Below are positions 28,096 to 37,673 of a stretch of DNA of 64,000 nucleotides, piece by piece. The stretch is from Poseidonia sp. GTDB lineage: Archaea > Thermoplasmatota > Poseidoniia > Poseidoniales > Poseidoniaceae. A model generated the notes under the pieces. It was not told the DNA's origin and ran no database searches. It saw nothing but the letters and a program-made list of their open reading frames with translations. The position numbers were made by a program, and so were the translations under genes. The stretch is taken from the NCBI GenBank assembly GCA_965661285.1, contig CBFIDD010000002.1, forward strand, positions 128,001 through 192,000. Direction: 5' to 3'. Each line of letters begins with the position of its first letter. Positions within the stretch are counted from its first letter, which is position 1.

Positions 28096-29102
28096 GAGTT
28101 CACCTCTCGCCTTGGTGTGCGGGCAACGGCATCGATAAAGGCGGTTTCTGCTTCAATCGGATCGCAATCTCCCGACCATCCCGCTGCACCGTCATGTCCA
28201 CCACCCTCACCGCCAATGGATTGTGCTATGATTTCCATGATTTCACCCATGTGCAAACCGGCGACGACACTGGAACGAGGCGCCCGTACGGTCAGCCGAG
28301 TTGAGCCGTTGCGGTGACGGGAAACGACCACCGCATCTGCACCCAATCCGTTGAGGAGAGAAGCAACCTTGCCCTCAAGCGTTCCCGCCGTTGTGCGTAA
28401 GACCGTCCAGGGTCCAGCTTCCGTTGTATCGGCCCGTTGAAGTCCGCGTAGGACGGCCCCCCGTTCGCTGGGTGTCATGGTGGCATCTTCCATCTCTTGG
28501 ATGAACTGCTGGTAGTCAAGCGCACCACGTTCAATGAGCATGGAGGCCGTGGAGAACGAGGTTGCGTCAGCGTGTCGAAAACGACCGGTATCGGTCACCA
28601 ACCCTGCCAAAAGGAACTCACACACTTGAGGCGTGAGACATTGAGGGGCGTGGTGCTCAAGGTAGCGACCCACCACCTCGGTGGTGGACCGAACATTCCA
28701 CTTGATGCGCACATCGTCATCGTTGAGTGTCCATCCATCCGTGGCGTGGTGGTCAATGATGCAAAGAGGCACGCTTGGAAGAGACAGACCGGTCTGGTCA
28801 GGTGCAGCAGCATCAACAACAACGAGGCCTGCGAGTTGTTTGGGCCAACCTGTGTTTGAGGCCTTCAGTGTGCGAAAGGGCGCCCGGTGACGTTCGATAA
28901 GCCGCTGAGCGACGCGACCCACATGAACACCTGCTGCCAGCAAGCTTGGGTGGCTTGCGGCAAGGGCGATGGCTGAGCCGACCGTATCCATGTCCCCGTT
29001 TTTTCCCGTAATCACGGCAACAGGACCATGTTTGGTGGCATTTGTGAGCCATTGATGCAGCCGAAGAAGGTCTTCGGCCTGGGCCTTGCTTGAGGCCGTC
29101 AT
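28092..29102 (-). CDS. DHH/DHHA1 phosphoesterase
   Basis: DMD, VVVD, IDHH, GLVTDTG and GGGHDGAAG. Confidence 0.88.
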   Translation of the reverse strand: MTASSKAQAEDLLRLHQWLTNATKHGPVAVITGKNGDMDTVGSAIALAASHPSLLAAGVHVGRVAQRLIERHRAPFRTLKASNTGWPKQLAGLVVVDAAAPDQTGLSLPSVPLCIIDHHATDGWTLNDDDVRIKWNVRSTTEVVGRYLEHHAPQCLTPQVCEFLLAGLVTDTGRFRHADATSFSTASMLIERGALDYQQFIQEMEDATMTPSERGAVLRGLQRADTTEAGPWTVLRTTAGTLEGKVASLLNGLGADAVVVSRHRNGSTRLTVRAPRSSVVAGLHMGEIMEIIAQSIGGEGGGHDGAAGWSGDCDPIEAETAFIDAVARTPRREVNS

Positions 29103-29416
29103 TCCTGCGCACCCTGCAAGGATTGCTTCAATTCGTCATAGGTTTGAATGAGTTGCTTTTCACGGTCTGTGAAGCGCTCGAGATGTGCGGTCAAGGATTC
29201 AAGCGTCTCCCGCAATTCACCCAACAAGGCTGCTTTATCGGAGACTTCGATGAGGACACCGCCCATTTGTCGGTGAAGTCTCAAACCTTCGGGCTGGGCC
29301 TCAACCGCAGCAATCGTTCCCTCAAGTTCCTGCACCTGTGCGCGCACACTGCTGACTTGTTGACGTGCTGATTGAACTTCCGCTACCACGAGTTGGAGTT
29401 GGTCGAGTTGTTCCAT
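29099..29416 (-). CDS. pfdB: Prefoldin beta subunit
   Basis: Coiled coil with hairpin LHRQMGGVLIE; superoperon position. Confidence 0.82.
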   Translation of the reverse strand: MEQLDQLQLVVAEVQSARQQVSSVRAQVQELEGTIAAVEAQPEGLRLHRQMGGVLIEVSDKAALLGELRETLESLTAHLERFTDREKQLIQTYDELKQSLQGAQE

Positions 29417-29448
29417 GGACTCACCTGTGCACAGCACCATGCCGAGGT

Positions 29449-29673
29449 TCAAGAATGCTTTCCGAAGACCTTCAGCACCGAATCGGTGGCGATAAGCCCA
29501 CGAAGCCTGGTGTTCCACATAGCTCGCAGGTCCTTGCAGGATGATTCTTCCAAGGTGATGGAAAATTGATGCTCATCCAGCCACGTGGTCTCGCAATCGG
29601 TGGCCAAGCAAGCGGCCAAGGAACGAGTGTCCTGCGTCGTTCGCGATTGGAGGGTGAGTGACAAATGCCACAT
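29449..29673 (-). CDS. pcc1: KEOPS complex subunit Pcc1-like
   Basis: Short ORF with DLRAMWNT (compare LRAxxNS), in the canonical position between L37Ae and pfdB. Confidence 0.65.
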   Translation of the reverse strand: MWHLSLTLQSRTTQDTRSLAACLATDCETTWLDEHQFSITLEESSCKDLRAMWNTRLRGLIATDSVLKVFGKHS

Positions 29674-29692
29674 CGCCAACACCGATGTTTGT

Positions 29693-30055
29693 TCACTCTT
29701 CCTCTTCAAGGGAGGGGCGGTTAGCCAACTCGCGCTCGTAGTTCATGGCGGCTTCCTGTGCGATGAAGGCCATGTCGGCGGTGGTTGCGCCGTCGACACT
29801 TCGGCGGAGAATACGGTTGTTGGCATCAGATGCTCGGGTAAAAGGTTCCCAAGCGCCGCCGGCAAAGGTGTGATCACACTTCTTGCACGACCAAATGCCG
29901 ACGGATTGCCGTTCAACTTTTTGGTATTGACAAACGGGGCACGTGTATTTGCGAGATCGCTTGGCCATGGCCGAGGCTGCATTACGACGGACGGATACAC
30001 CGTAGCGTGCTCCGAATCGTGCTGTTGCTCCTGCTTTCTGGGTTCGCTTTGCCAA
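29693..30055 (-). CDS. rpl37ae: 50S ribosomal protein eL43 (L37Ae) with C-terminal extension
   Basis: RFGARYG, CPVC, GIWSCKKC and AGGAW; TTG start. Confidence 0.93.
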   Translation of the reverse strand: MAKRTQKAGATARFGARYGVSVRRNAASAMAKRSRKYTCPVCQYQKVERQSVGIWSCKKCDHTFAGGAWEPFTRASDANNRILRRSVDGATTADMAFIAQEAAMNYERELANRPSLEEEE

Positions 30056-30841
30056 TCAGTTCCCCTCCTTTTCTGCTACGAGTTTTCGAAGTTCCACGCA
30101 TCGCTTTTGTGCCACATCGAAGATCTCGGCAAACTCGGCGGGAGTGAACACCCCTTTTAGCCCCTTCTGTAGGGAGTGGAGGTGGCCCTCGTCTCCAAGC
30201 GTGATGTGAATGCGCTCGTCGCCGCCGAGTTCTTCTTGCTCGTTGGCGTCAAGAACAAAGCGTCCGCCGACACGGGTGAACGATGCCATGATCGGCGTGC
30301 CGTTCACCTGTAGCGTGTGATCTTCACCGATGTCAAAGCGCTCGGCGGGAACAACGGCTGTGCGCAGGGCAGCGATGGCCGCCAAGCCGCAAGCATCGAA
30401 AATGTTCCCTTGGTCGGAGAGGACGTGAATATCGATCATGACACCCCAAACCTTCTCGCCGGGAACAATGCACAAACTCTCCATGTCGATGCAACCGGAC
30501 TCACGGATGCCTCGGTCAACCACACGGCCCAGTTCAATGGATTGGGGCGAAGGAGGACCTGGCTCGTATTTTCGGCCGGCGACAGGACGAAGTTCTGCGC
30601 CACACATCAAGGAGCCTTGGGTCGGTCGGTCCGGCCAAGGGGTACGGAGTTCAAACTTGACGCCTGCGTAAACGACGGTACCGCCCATGACGACCTTAGC
30701 GGACCCCTCAGCGTTGTACAAACAATCTGTCTCGAGTGTGACATCGCGTGCATCCCAGCGTCCACGACCATCGATTCGGTTGTCCTCTTCAGCCAGTCGG
30801 GCGAGTTCTTGGCGCAGCAAGGCAGGCACGAGTTCAACCAT
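30056..30841 (-). CDS. rrp42: Exosome subunit Rrp42
   Basis: RIDGR, AEGSA, PGPP, RVVDRGIRES and GNIFDA. Confidence 0.93.
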   Translation of the reverse strand: MVELVPALLRQELARLAEEDNRIDGRGRWDARDVTLETDCLYNAEGSAKVVMGGTVVYAGVKFELRTPWPDRPTQGSLMCGAELRPVAGRKYEPGPPSPQSIELGRVVDRGIRESGCIDMESLCIVPGEKVWGVMIDIHVLSDQGNIFDACGLAAIAALRTAVVPAERFDIGEDHTLQVNGTPIMASFTRVGGRFVLDANEQEELGGDERIHITLGDEGHLHSLQKGLKGVFTPAEFAEIFDVAQKRCVELRKLVAEKEGN

Positions 30842-31572
30842 CAGGCCTCACCTCCCTCGTATCGGCGCTTCAAGGCATCAACCATGATTTCGTGAATCTC
30901 CTTGGCGGCTTTGAAGTTGTATTCCATGGCGAGGTTGTATTCATCTGCCGAGAGGTCGCCGTCCATTTGCAGGAAGGCGATTTCTCCGGTATTTGGGAGG
31001 ATGCCGACCGGCAAGTCGGCTTGACCGTAGTTGTCTTCTGCCTTGTCGAGGTCAAGAACAACGGTGTCCTCAATCTTTCCAGAGGCAACACCGACAATCA
31101 TGTCTCGCATTGGAATACCGGCATCGGCAAGCGCAACGGCAGCGGCGGTGATACCCACACAGCGTGTACCTGCTTCAGCGGCGAGGATCTCGATTTCAAC
31201 GCGAATCTTAGAACGAGGGTAGCGTTCAACGAGGACAACGGATTCAAGCGCTTCGGAGGTTACCTTGGAAATCTCTCGTGAACGGCGATTGAAACCGGGG
31301 CGAATACGGTCGGAGGTTGAGAACGGGGCCATGTTGTAGCGCACATCGATGACTGCGCGGTCTTGGCGCTGAATCTTGCGAGGGTGCGCTTCCATTGGGC
31401 CGTACACGGCAGCCACAGCAACGTTGAGTCCGTGCGAGACCATGGCCGAGCCATCAGCGGCTGGCAAAACCCCAGCTTCAATTGAAACCGGACGCATTTC
31501 ATCCACTTTGCGGCCGTCCAACCGGCTGCCGTCGTCGTTGAGCAATCGTACATCTCCATATCCACCCATCAT
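30841..31572 (-). CDS. rrp41: Exosome subunit Rrp41
   Basis: RLDGR, YNMAPFS, RRSREIS, AGTR, catalytic ED..G.AD and QMDG. Confidence 0.95.
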   Translation of the reverse strand: MMGGYGDVRLLNDDGSRLDGRKVDEMRPVSIEAGVLPAADGSAMVSHGLNVAVAAVYGPMEAHPRKIQRQDRAVIDVRYNMAPFSTSDRIRPGFNRRSREISKVTSEALESVVLVERYPRSKIRVEIEILAAEAGTRCVGITAAAVALADAGIPMRDMIVGVASGKIEDTVVLDLDKAEDNYGQADLPVGILPNTGEIAFLQMDGDLSADEYNLAMEYNFKAAKEIHEIMVDALKRRYEGGEA

Positions 31573-32258
31573 GCATCACCTTTCGTTTTCTTTTCCATTT
31601 CGTTGAGAATCGATTCAAATTCTTTGGAATGTCCCTCGTTCACGAGTTTCTGAATCACTCCTCGGGCCCATGCGGTCCCTTCTGAAGAGCCTTCAATCCA
31701 AACACGGCCGTTTTCGCCGACCATAATTCGGCAGTCACAAGCATCTCGCATGCGCTGAAGCAGCGAGTTGCCTTCACCTCGAACCCGGTCAACATGTTGA
31801 ACCGGAATGGATTCAACGGCGCCTTGGTTCAGGCGTCGTAGACCAACGCCCTTCATGGTCAAGACCACGTTGTGGCACTCGTCCACCTCTTGCACACGTG
31901 CGAGGACGACATCTCCAACATCCATGTGTTGGCGGGCAGCGCCGAATTCCACTTTCCACGGGGCAAGGGACATCGGGAGCAAGCCTTGGAACGAACCGTT
32001 GATGTTCATGAACCAAAGGTTGTTTCGAACCTCAGCGACGATACCGACCACCAGGTCCCCGGAGCGGGGCATGTAGGCAGCGTTAATCGGGTCGATTGAG
32101 ACGGTGTTGTTTTGCTCTCGCAACCAACCAAGTTGCGTGGCGATAAAGGATTCTTCAGCAGCGATGATTCCGCTGCCTGCTCGCTTCCCGGCGGATGACC
32201 CAACGGCCATTCCCGGGGTCACCAGGCGCTGCTCGGCGCCGCTTCGACCTTGGGACAT
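31569..32258 (-). CDS. rrp4: Exosome RNA-binding subunit Rrp4
   Basis: LVTPG, YMPRSGDLVVG (S1 domain) and VGENGRVWI (KH domain). Confidence 0.9.
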   Translation of the reverse strand: MSQGRSGAEQRLVTPGMAVGSSAGKRAGSGIIAAEESFIATQLGWLREQNNTVSIDPINAAYMPRSGDLVVGIVAEVRNNLWFMNINGSFQGLLPMSLAPWKVEFGAARQHMDVGDVVLARVQEVDECHNVVLTMKGVGLRRLNQGAVESIPVQHVDRVRGEGNSLLQRMRDACDCRIMVGENGRVWIEGSSEGTAWARGVIQKLVNEGHSKEFESILNEMEKKTKGDA

Positions 32259-32322
32259 TCTTTTCTCTCCGATTGCGGCCACTCGCCAACCCATGATAAA
32301 GGGCACCCTCAAGCCACGGCGT

Positions 32323-33015
32323 TCAAGAACCGAGTTCTTTCACTTCCGCATCGGAACTTCTTCGCATGACTTGGCCGATGAGTTCGCCTTTCATGCCGGC
32401 GGGGCACTGGATAACACAGGCCCATGACCCGTCTTCAAGCCACCCTTCTTTTTGCTGATAAGAACGAAGGAGTTGAGACACGGAGCCGTACGCTGATCCT
32501 GGGACTTTGAACGCGAGGCGGACGGATTCAAAGGAAAGCGGGATGAGGGGTTTGAGTTTTGCAATGGCGTCTTTGACCTGTTCCTCAAGCCGCTTGAAGG
32601 GGTCGACAGAATAGCGTGATTCTTCAAGGGCCAACTCAATGCGAGTTTTCGGATGTGGCGACTTGGTTTTTGGGTCGACGGCTTGCGTGTGAACCTGGTG
32701 GATGATTTGTTGACGCATATTTTCCACCATCTGTTTTCGTTGTGCCGTGGTTAACTGGATGGAACCTTTCTCGAGAATTGTGGTTGTGATGGCCACGATG
32801 TCTTGCGTGCCAAAGGTCTTCTCAATCGCGTCTTCGGTGGGTCGCTCGCCACCACGTGCGTCATGGAAGACTTCGTCCATGGCGAGGAAATCGTTGATGT
32901 CAACGCTTTCTGGCGCCTCTTTGAACGCTTCCACCAACACAGGGTCAACGAGCACTTCGTACCGTTTGCCACCCTTCTCCATTCGAGCAAGGACGGCGTC
33001 GTCAAGACTCACCAT
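32323..33015 (-). CDS. Ribosome maturation factor SBDS/Sdo1
   Basis: YEVLVDP, GSIQLT, DPKTKSPHP and P(A)G C-terminal motif. Confidence 0.93.
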   Translation of the reverse strand: MVSLDDAVLARMEKGGKRYEVLVDPVLVEAFKEAPESVDINDFLAMDEVFHDARGGERPTEDAIEKTFGTQDIVAITTTILEKGSIQLTTAQRKQMVENMRQQIIHQVHTQAVDPKTKSPHPKTRIELALEESRYSVDPFKRLEEQVKDAIAKLKPLIPLSFESVRLAFKVPGSAYGSVSQLLRSYQQKEGWLEDGSWACVIQCPAGMKGELIGQVMRRSSDAEVKELGS

Positions 33016-33063
33016 GCTATCACGCAGTTGGTGCAAGGGAGGGGCTACGCTTCAACCTAACCC

Positions 33064-33786
33064 TCAGTCTTCGAGAGGCTTGAGGCGGTCAATTTGTTTG
33101 TTGACTTCGCCACGGTCCAGAACACGATAACCTTTGGAATCAACCACGGTGACCTCAACCGCTTCCCGGTTGAGTTCGGCGTCATTGGCAGAACGAAGTG
33201 CTTCCAGACCGAGTTTCATGGCGGCGTTGAGCGTCATGTTGGGTTTCCAGTTGTCTTCAAAGAATTCGATCACGGTGTTGCGTCCGCTTCCAATAGCACC
33301 GGCATGGTAGGATTGGTAAGCACCGGACGGGTCGGTTTCGTAGAGATGAATGCCGTTGTCATCGACCCCGCCAATGAGAAGCGCCGTGCCGAAGGGTCGC
33401 GAGCCACCGTACTGGGTGAAGGATTGCTTGAAGTCGCAAATTTTCTTCACGAGGACATCAACTGGAACCGTGGCGCCGTAGGTGATGCGGTTGATTTGGG
33501 CCTCAACACGAGCTCGTGCGACAAGTTGACGAGCGTCAGCGACGAGTCCAGATGTAGCAATGCCGACATGTCCATCGATTTTGAACATTTTTTCAATGGA
33601 TTCAGGGATGATGAGTCGACTGATGATGCGCTTGTCGCAGACAAGGACAACACCGTCTTTGAACTTGAGCGCAGCAGTTGTGGTCCCGCGCTTCACGGAC
33701 TCGCGGGCGTATTCGACTTGGAACAGTCGTCCGTCTGGGCTGAATGTCGTGATGCCGTGATCGTATCCTCTTCCGCTTGGTTGCAT
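33064..33786 (-). CDS. psmA: Proteasome alpha subunit
   Basis: YDHGITTFSPDGRLFQVEYA, RPFG and TDPSG. Confidence 0.97.
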   Translation of the reverse strand: MQPSGRGYDHGITTFSPDGRLFQVEYARESVKRGTTTAALKFKDGVVLVCDKRIISRLIIPESIEKMFKIDGHVGIATSGLVADARQLVARARVEAQINRITYGATVPVDVLVKKICDFKQSFTQYGGSRPFGTALLIGGVDDNGIHLYETDPSGAYQSYHAGAIGSGRNTVIEFFEDNWKPNMTLNAAMKLGLEALRSANDAELNREAVEVTVVDSKGYRVLDRGEVNKQIDRLKPLED

Positions 33787-33938
33787 GGTCTGACCTCATA
33801 TGATTGGCTCGGTTGACACTTTATGAGGATGAGGGTCATCTTCGATGAGTGCTGTCCCGATATGACCTCAACCATGGCCGACCTGTATGAACCCTACGAG
33901 ACGTACACACTCATCAAGGAGCGTCCCTTGGGAAGGTT

Positions 33939-34586
33939 GTGCGAGTGGCAGTGCTTTCTTCGGGCGGCAAAGATTCTGCCGCGGCGTGGTGGTGGGCAAC
34001 CTGCCGTGGGTGGGACGTTGTCGGGCTCGTCACCGTTTCCATCACGGGCGAGGATTCGCCCATGTTCCAAATTCCGAGCACGCATCTCGTCCAGCGCCAG
34101 GCCGACCTCGCCAACCTCCCATGGCACAACGTGGTCGCAACCGGGGAAACGCCTCAGGACATTGAAGCCCTCGAATCAACTCTCGGGGGTCTTGACATCG
34201 ATGGATTTGTCTCCGGGGCACTCCGTTCGGACTATCAGAAATCTCGGCTTGAACGGATGGCGGTGCGTCTGGGCATCAGGAGTTGGACGCCGCTTTGGCA
34301 CCAGTTAGGGAGCAACCATGTTCACGACATGATACAGCACGGCTTTGAAATCATGATCACGGGTGTCTCGGCAGAGGGTTTGGACGATGAGTGGCTCGGC
34401 CATATTCTTACGCCGTCCTCCTTCAAGCGCTTGGAAGCATTGGCCCAGCGCCATCGGTTCCATGTTGAAGGGGAGGGCGGTGAATACGAAACCCTTGTCG
34501 TTGCGGGACCCCACATGAACGGGCGTATAGAGGTCGAAGGTGACGTGATCTGGGACGGCGTCCGAGGTCACTTCGCGATTCATTGA
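33939..34586 (+). CDS. Diphthine--ammonia ligase (Dph6 family)
   Basis: PP-loop SGGKDS, SDYQ, PLW and GEGGEYET. Confidence 0.88.
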   Translation: MRVAVLSSGGKDSAAAWWWATCRGWDVVGLVTVSITGEDSPMFQIPSTHLVQRQADLANLPWHNVVATGETPQDIEALESTLGGLDIDGFVSGALRSDYQKSRLERMAVRLGIRSWTPLWHQLGSNHVHDMIQHGFEIMITGVSAEGLDDEWLGHILTPSSFKRLEALAQRHRFHVEGEGGEYETLVVAGPHMNGRIEVEGDVIWDGVRGHFAIH

Positions 34587-35929
34587 ATGGCTTGTCGGGC
34601 CAAAGCGACGCACTCGTCGACGATTTCACCGGAGACGCCAACGTGGTTGAGCGGGTCGAACATCGCTTCCAACTCCTCCGCCGAAAACGCGGCAGAAATG
34701 GCCGGGGTTCGGCTGCACACATCGATGAGTTCCTCACCGTTGGCCACCGCTTCAAAGGAGGCTTCACGCATCACTTCGTGTGCTTCATCGCGGGCAACAC
34801 CGTGGTCAACGAGTTCAATCATGACCTTCTCCGCCATCACCAAGCCCTTCTGAGCGTGAATATTCGCCAAGCATTGGTCCCGGTCAACCCACATGTTGGT
34901 GAGAACGTCCGCCGTTTTCGCCATCACGTCCTCAAGCAGAGCAGAAGCGTGGGAGAGCGTGAACCGCTCGCTGCTGGAATTGGCAAGGTCTCGTTCGTGC
35001 CAGAGCAGTGCATTTTCGTACGTCGGGATGATGAACGAGCGAACGATGCGGGCAAGACCAGAGGCATTTTCAGATTTAATGGGGTTCTTTTTGTGCGCCA
35101 TGGTGGACGAACCCACCTGCTTCTTGATGTCGAATCCTTCCCCCGCCTCGGCAAGTTCTGAACGCTGGAGATTACGAATTTCTTGCAGGACCTTTTCGCA
35201 GGTTGTGGCGACGTTGGCGAGCCATGAGATGTATTCCACATAGCGGTCTCGGCCAACAACCTGCGTGGTCGCCAAAGGTACACCGAGTCCCAAGTGGGTC
35301 AAAATGAGACGCTGCAGTTCTCGTGCGTTTTCTCCTTGAGCGGCACCTGTGCCGACGGCGCCGAGGAATTTTCCGACGGCGATTCGGGGCGAAGCCTCGT
35401 CCAAGCGAATCAGTTGGCGACGGAGCTCGTCCAACCAAACGGCAGCCTTCAGGCCGAACGTGATGGGAACGGCTGCTTGACCGTGGGTTCGCCCGAGCAT
35501 GACCGTGTCTCGCTCCCGCTCAGCAACATCAGCACAAACTGCGATGAGGTGGCAGAGTTTTTCACGCAGGAGCACGATGCTGTCTCGGAGTTGAAGGCCA
35601 ACCGCCGTATCAACGATGTCGTTCGAAGTCGCGCCGAGGTGAATGCACCAGCCAGCCTCACCTGCGGCTTCAGCCATGGCCTTGGTCAGGGCCATGATGT
35701 CATGACGGGTTTCGGCTTCGATTTCGCTGACCCGTTCTTTGGTCACATCCTTGGGATTTGAGATGGCGGCGACCGCATTGTAGTCATCTTCGGTTACTCG
35801 TCCGAGTTGCCAGTGGGCCCAAATCAAGGCGCGCTCGACCTCGAGTTGTCGCTCATGGCGGCCAAGTTCGGACCAAATGTGCTTGAAGTCTTGACAGCCG
35901 TAGCGGTAATCGAGCGGGCAGAAGGCCAT
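34580..35929 (-). CDS. purB: Adenylosuccinate lyase
   Basis: PLDYRYG, HDIMA, GATSND, GRTHGQ and GSSTMAHKKNP. Start trimmed. Confidence 0.93.
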   Translation of the reverse strand: MAFCPLDYRYGCQDFKHIWSELGRHERQLEVERALIWAHWQLGRVTEDDYNAVAAISNPKDVTKERVSEIEAETRHDIMALTKAMAEAAGEAGWCIHLGATSNDIVDTAVGLQLRDSIVLLREKLCHLIAVCADVAERERDTVMLGRTHGQAAVPITFGLKAAVWLDELRRQLIRLDEASPRIAVGKFLGAVGTGAAQGENARELQRLILTHLGLGVPLATTQVVGRDRYVEYISWLANVATTCEKVLQEIRNLQRSELAEAGEGFDIKKQVGSSTMAHKKNPIKSENASGLARIVRSFIIPTYENALLWHERDLANSSSERFTLSHASALLEDVMAKTADVLTNMWVDRDQCLANIHAQKGLVMAEKVMIELVDHGVARDEAHEVMREASFEAVANGEELIDVCSRTPAISAAFSAEELEAMFDPLNHVGVSGEIVDECVALARQAIQ

Positions 35930-35985
35930 GTTTTGAGGCGTGCGACTCGATTCATCAACCTTGCCACGCCCGACCATGGGCTCCA

Positions 35986-36435
35986 CTAAGCGACGGGATC
36001 GGTAGCGGCATTTCCCGTGCCGACGGGCGCCATCACGTTGCGAATCAAAAGGATAGCAAATACAGAGGAGATGACAAACGAGAGCCCCACCCAGGCCGAC
36101 ATGTTGTACCACAGCAGCGCAACGCCAATGAGCGACCCGTAGGAGACAACCTGGCACAAGGCCGAGGCCAACTCAAGTTTCCTCAAACGCTCCTGTGGGA
36201 GACGCTGTTCGTGCTCAAGAACGAAGGTGTACACCAAGAAATATATGGCCTGAAAAGGCAAGGCAGCAGCGATGATGGCAAGTGCCACCTCTCTGAGAAC
36301 GATGTAGTCCTTCGCTTGTTCAATCCCTTGAAACAACATCAACGCCGTGTTGGTTCCCAACAACGCAGCCATGATCGTCCAGCGCTTGTCTTGTGAGGAT
36401 GTCCTGCTCTCAACGTTGACCGATTCATCACTCAT
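35986..36435 (-). CDS. Small 4-TM membrane protein
   Basis: Four hydrophobic segments. Confidence 0.6.
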   Translation of the reverse strand: MSDESVNVESRTSSQDKRWTIMAALLGTNTALMLFQGIEQAKDYIVLREVALAIIAAALPFQAIYFLVYTFVLEHEQRLPQERLRKLELASALCQVVSYGSLIGVALLWYNMSAWVGLSFVISSVFAILLIRNVMAPVGTGNAATDPVA

Positions 36436-36499
36436 GCGGTCGCATCACGCCAGCGAGGATTTGATGTTTCCCTACCGCGGCAGGAACAAAGCGCTCAAT

Positions 36500-36709
36500 T
36501 CAGCCGAGTAGGCGAATGACCGTTCCCGTGATGGCAGCCACGATGAGAAGAAGCACCATCATCGCCACTGGGCCGTACTGGTTCTTGTCATCGAGGGCCG
36601 TACCGATAAAACCGTCTCGCTTGATGGCTTCAAAAAAACTTCCAGCTTCCTCAAACTGAGGGGGCTCTCGGCGCGGAATGCGTTCCCCTTTGCGAACTTC
36701 ACCAGCCAT
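36500..36709 (-). CDS. Small protein with C-terminal TM (tail-anchor topology)
   Basis: Polar N-terminus and one C-terminal hydrophobic helix. Confidence 0.55.
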   Translation of the reverse strand: MAGEVRKGERIPRREPPQFEEAGSFFEAIKRDGFIGTALDDKNQYGPVAMMVLLLIVAAITGTVIRLLG

Positions 36710-36795
36710 GATTCGCCCAGAGGGGCGGGGGTCATAGCCCTTGCGAAGACCATCCTCGCCGCAAGCCTCATTCACCGATGCCCAAACCATAGGCT

Positions 36796-37386
36796 ATGGA
36801 ACGGGTAGATTTTGGCCTGAACGGTGAACGAATCCATTTGGCCGTCGAAGGAAGCACCGGCGGCACAACCCTCGGACTCCACCTCGCTGCCGATGTCATC
36901 AATCAGGGAAAACGAGTCCTTTGGGCATCGGTTGAGATGCCAGACCCTGCTCGGTTTTCCCAACTTTTCCAACACCTTTCTCTGGTTGAGAGTGCACGAT
37001 TTCACGCCATGAATTTTGGTGGAAAATTCGACCGAGCCATCGATGCTCTCCTTGAAGCCGCTACATCGTTGCCCAGTGTCGGCCTTATCGTAATGGATGA
37101 TTGGTGTGCTTCGAGCGGACGAATCTCTGCCGAACGGCTTCAGCACATTGAACGCGTGGCAGTAGATGCCCCAAAAACCGCCACGGTCTTCTTGATTTCG
37201 AAAGGAAGCGTGGACGCCAGCGGTTCTACCGACGATCCCATCATCGCACGCTCAGCCGATGCGATGGCGGCCAAAGGATTCCAGATTTGGCGACTATGGC
37301 GTGGGGCAAACGGCACACAGCGAGTCCTCGCACGTGGAGAGGAACAGACCAATTTGGTGATTGAAGATTCAGGCTTCGTCGCTTGA
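36796..37386 (+). CDS. RecA-superfamily (RadB-like) protein with degenerate Walker A
   Basis: GSTGGTTLGLHLA, GKRVLW..VE, RFSQ and Walker B LIVMDD. Confidence 0.65.
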   Translation: MERVDFGLNGERIHLAVEGSTGGTTLGLHLAADVINQGKRVLWASVEMPDPARFSQLFQHLSLVESARFHAMNFGGKFDRAIDALLEAATSLPSVGLIVMDDWCASSGRISAERLQHIERVAVDAPKTATVFLISKGSVDASGSTDDPIIARSADAMAAKGFQIWRLWRGANGTQRVLARGEEQTNLVIEDSGFVA

Positions 37387-37626
37387 GTCTTCGTCTTCGC
37401 CGAGAAGTTTGGCCATTTCTTCAAGGGCATCTTCATCGGGTTCATCGAACTGTTGAGGGTTTCGTGCACCCCCGTCCATTTCGTCCTCACCTGCAATTTT
37501 TGGCCCGCTTGACTCAAGCATGGCCGATCGGTTTTTCATGGCACGTTGACTAATGAACCAGATCATGACAAGCAAACTCAATCCCATGATGGCGTAGGCG
37601 ATGTTCTTGGTGGTGTCCGGCTCCAT
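37369..37626 (-). CDS. Small single-pass membrane protein with acidic tail
   Basis: N-terminal TM; D/E-rich C-terminus. Confidence 0.6.
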   Translation of the reverse strand: MEPDTTKNIAYAIMGLSLLVMIWFISQRAMKNRSAMLESSGPKIAGEDEMDGGARNPQQFDEPDEDALEEMAKLLGEDEDSSDEA

Positions 37627-37673
37627 GGTGGAAACTGAACGCTGAACCTTTTCATGGTTTTGTAGCCATCATG

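Noticed and set aside
33787-33938. Possible structured RNA in the psmA/dph6 intergenic region (imperfect GGTCAT/ATGACC inverted repeat)
   Set aside because: Short and imperfect, and consistent with a divergent promoter region; no family can be supported.
35930-36157. N-terminal extension of PurB in the ORF track
   Set aside because: It overlaps the neighbouring membrane gene, and homology starts at MAFCPLDYRY.
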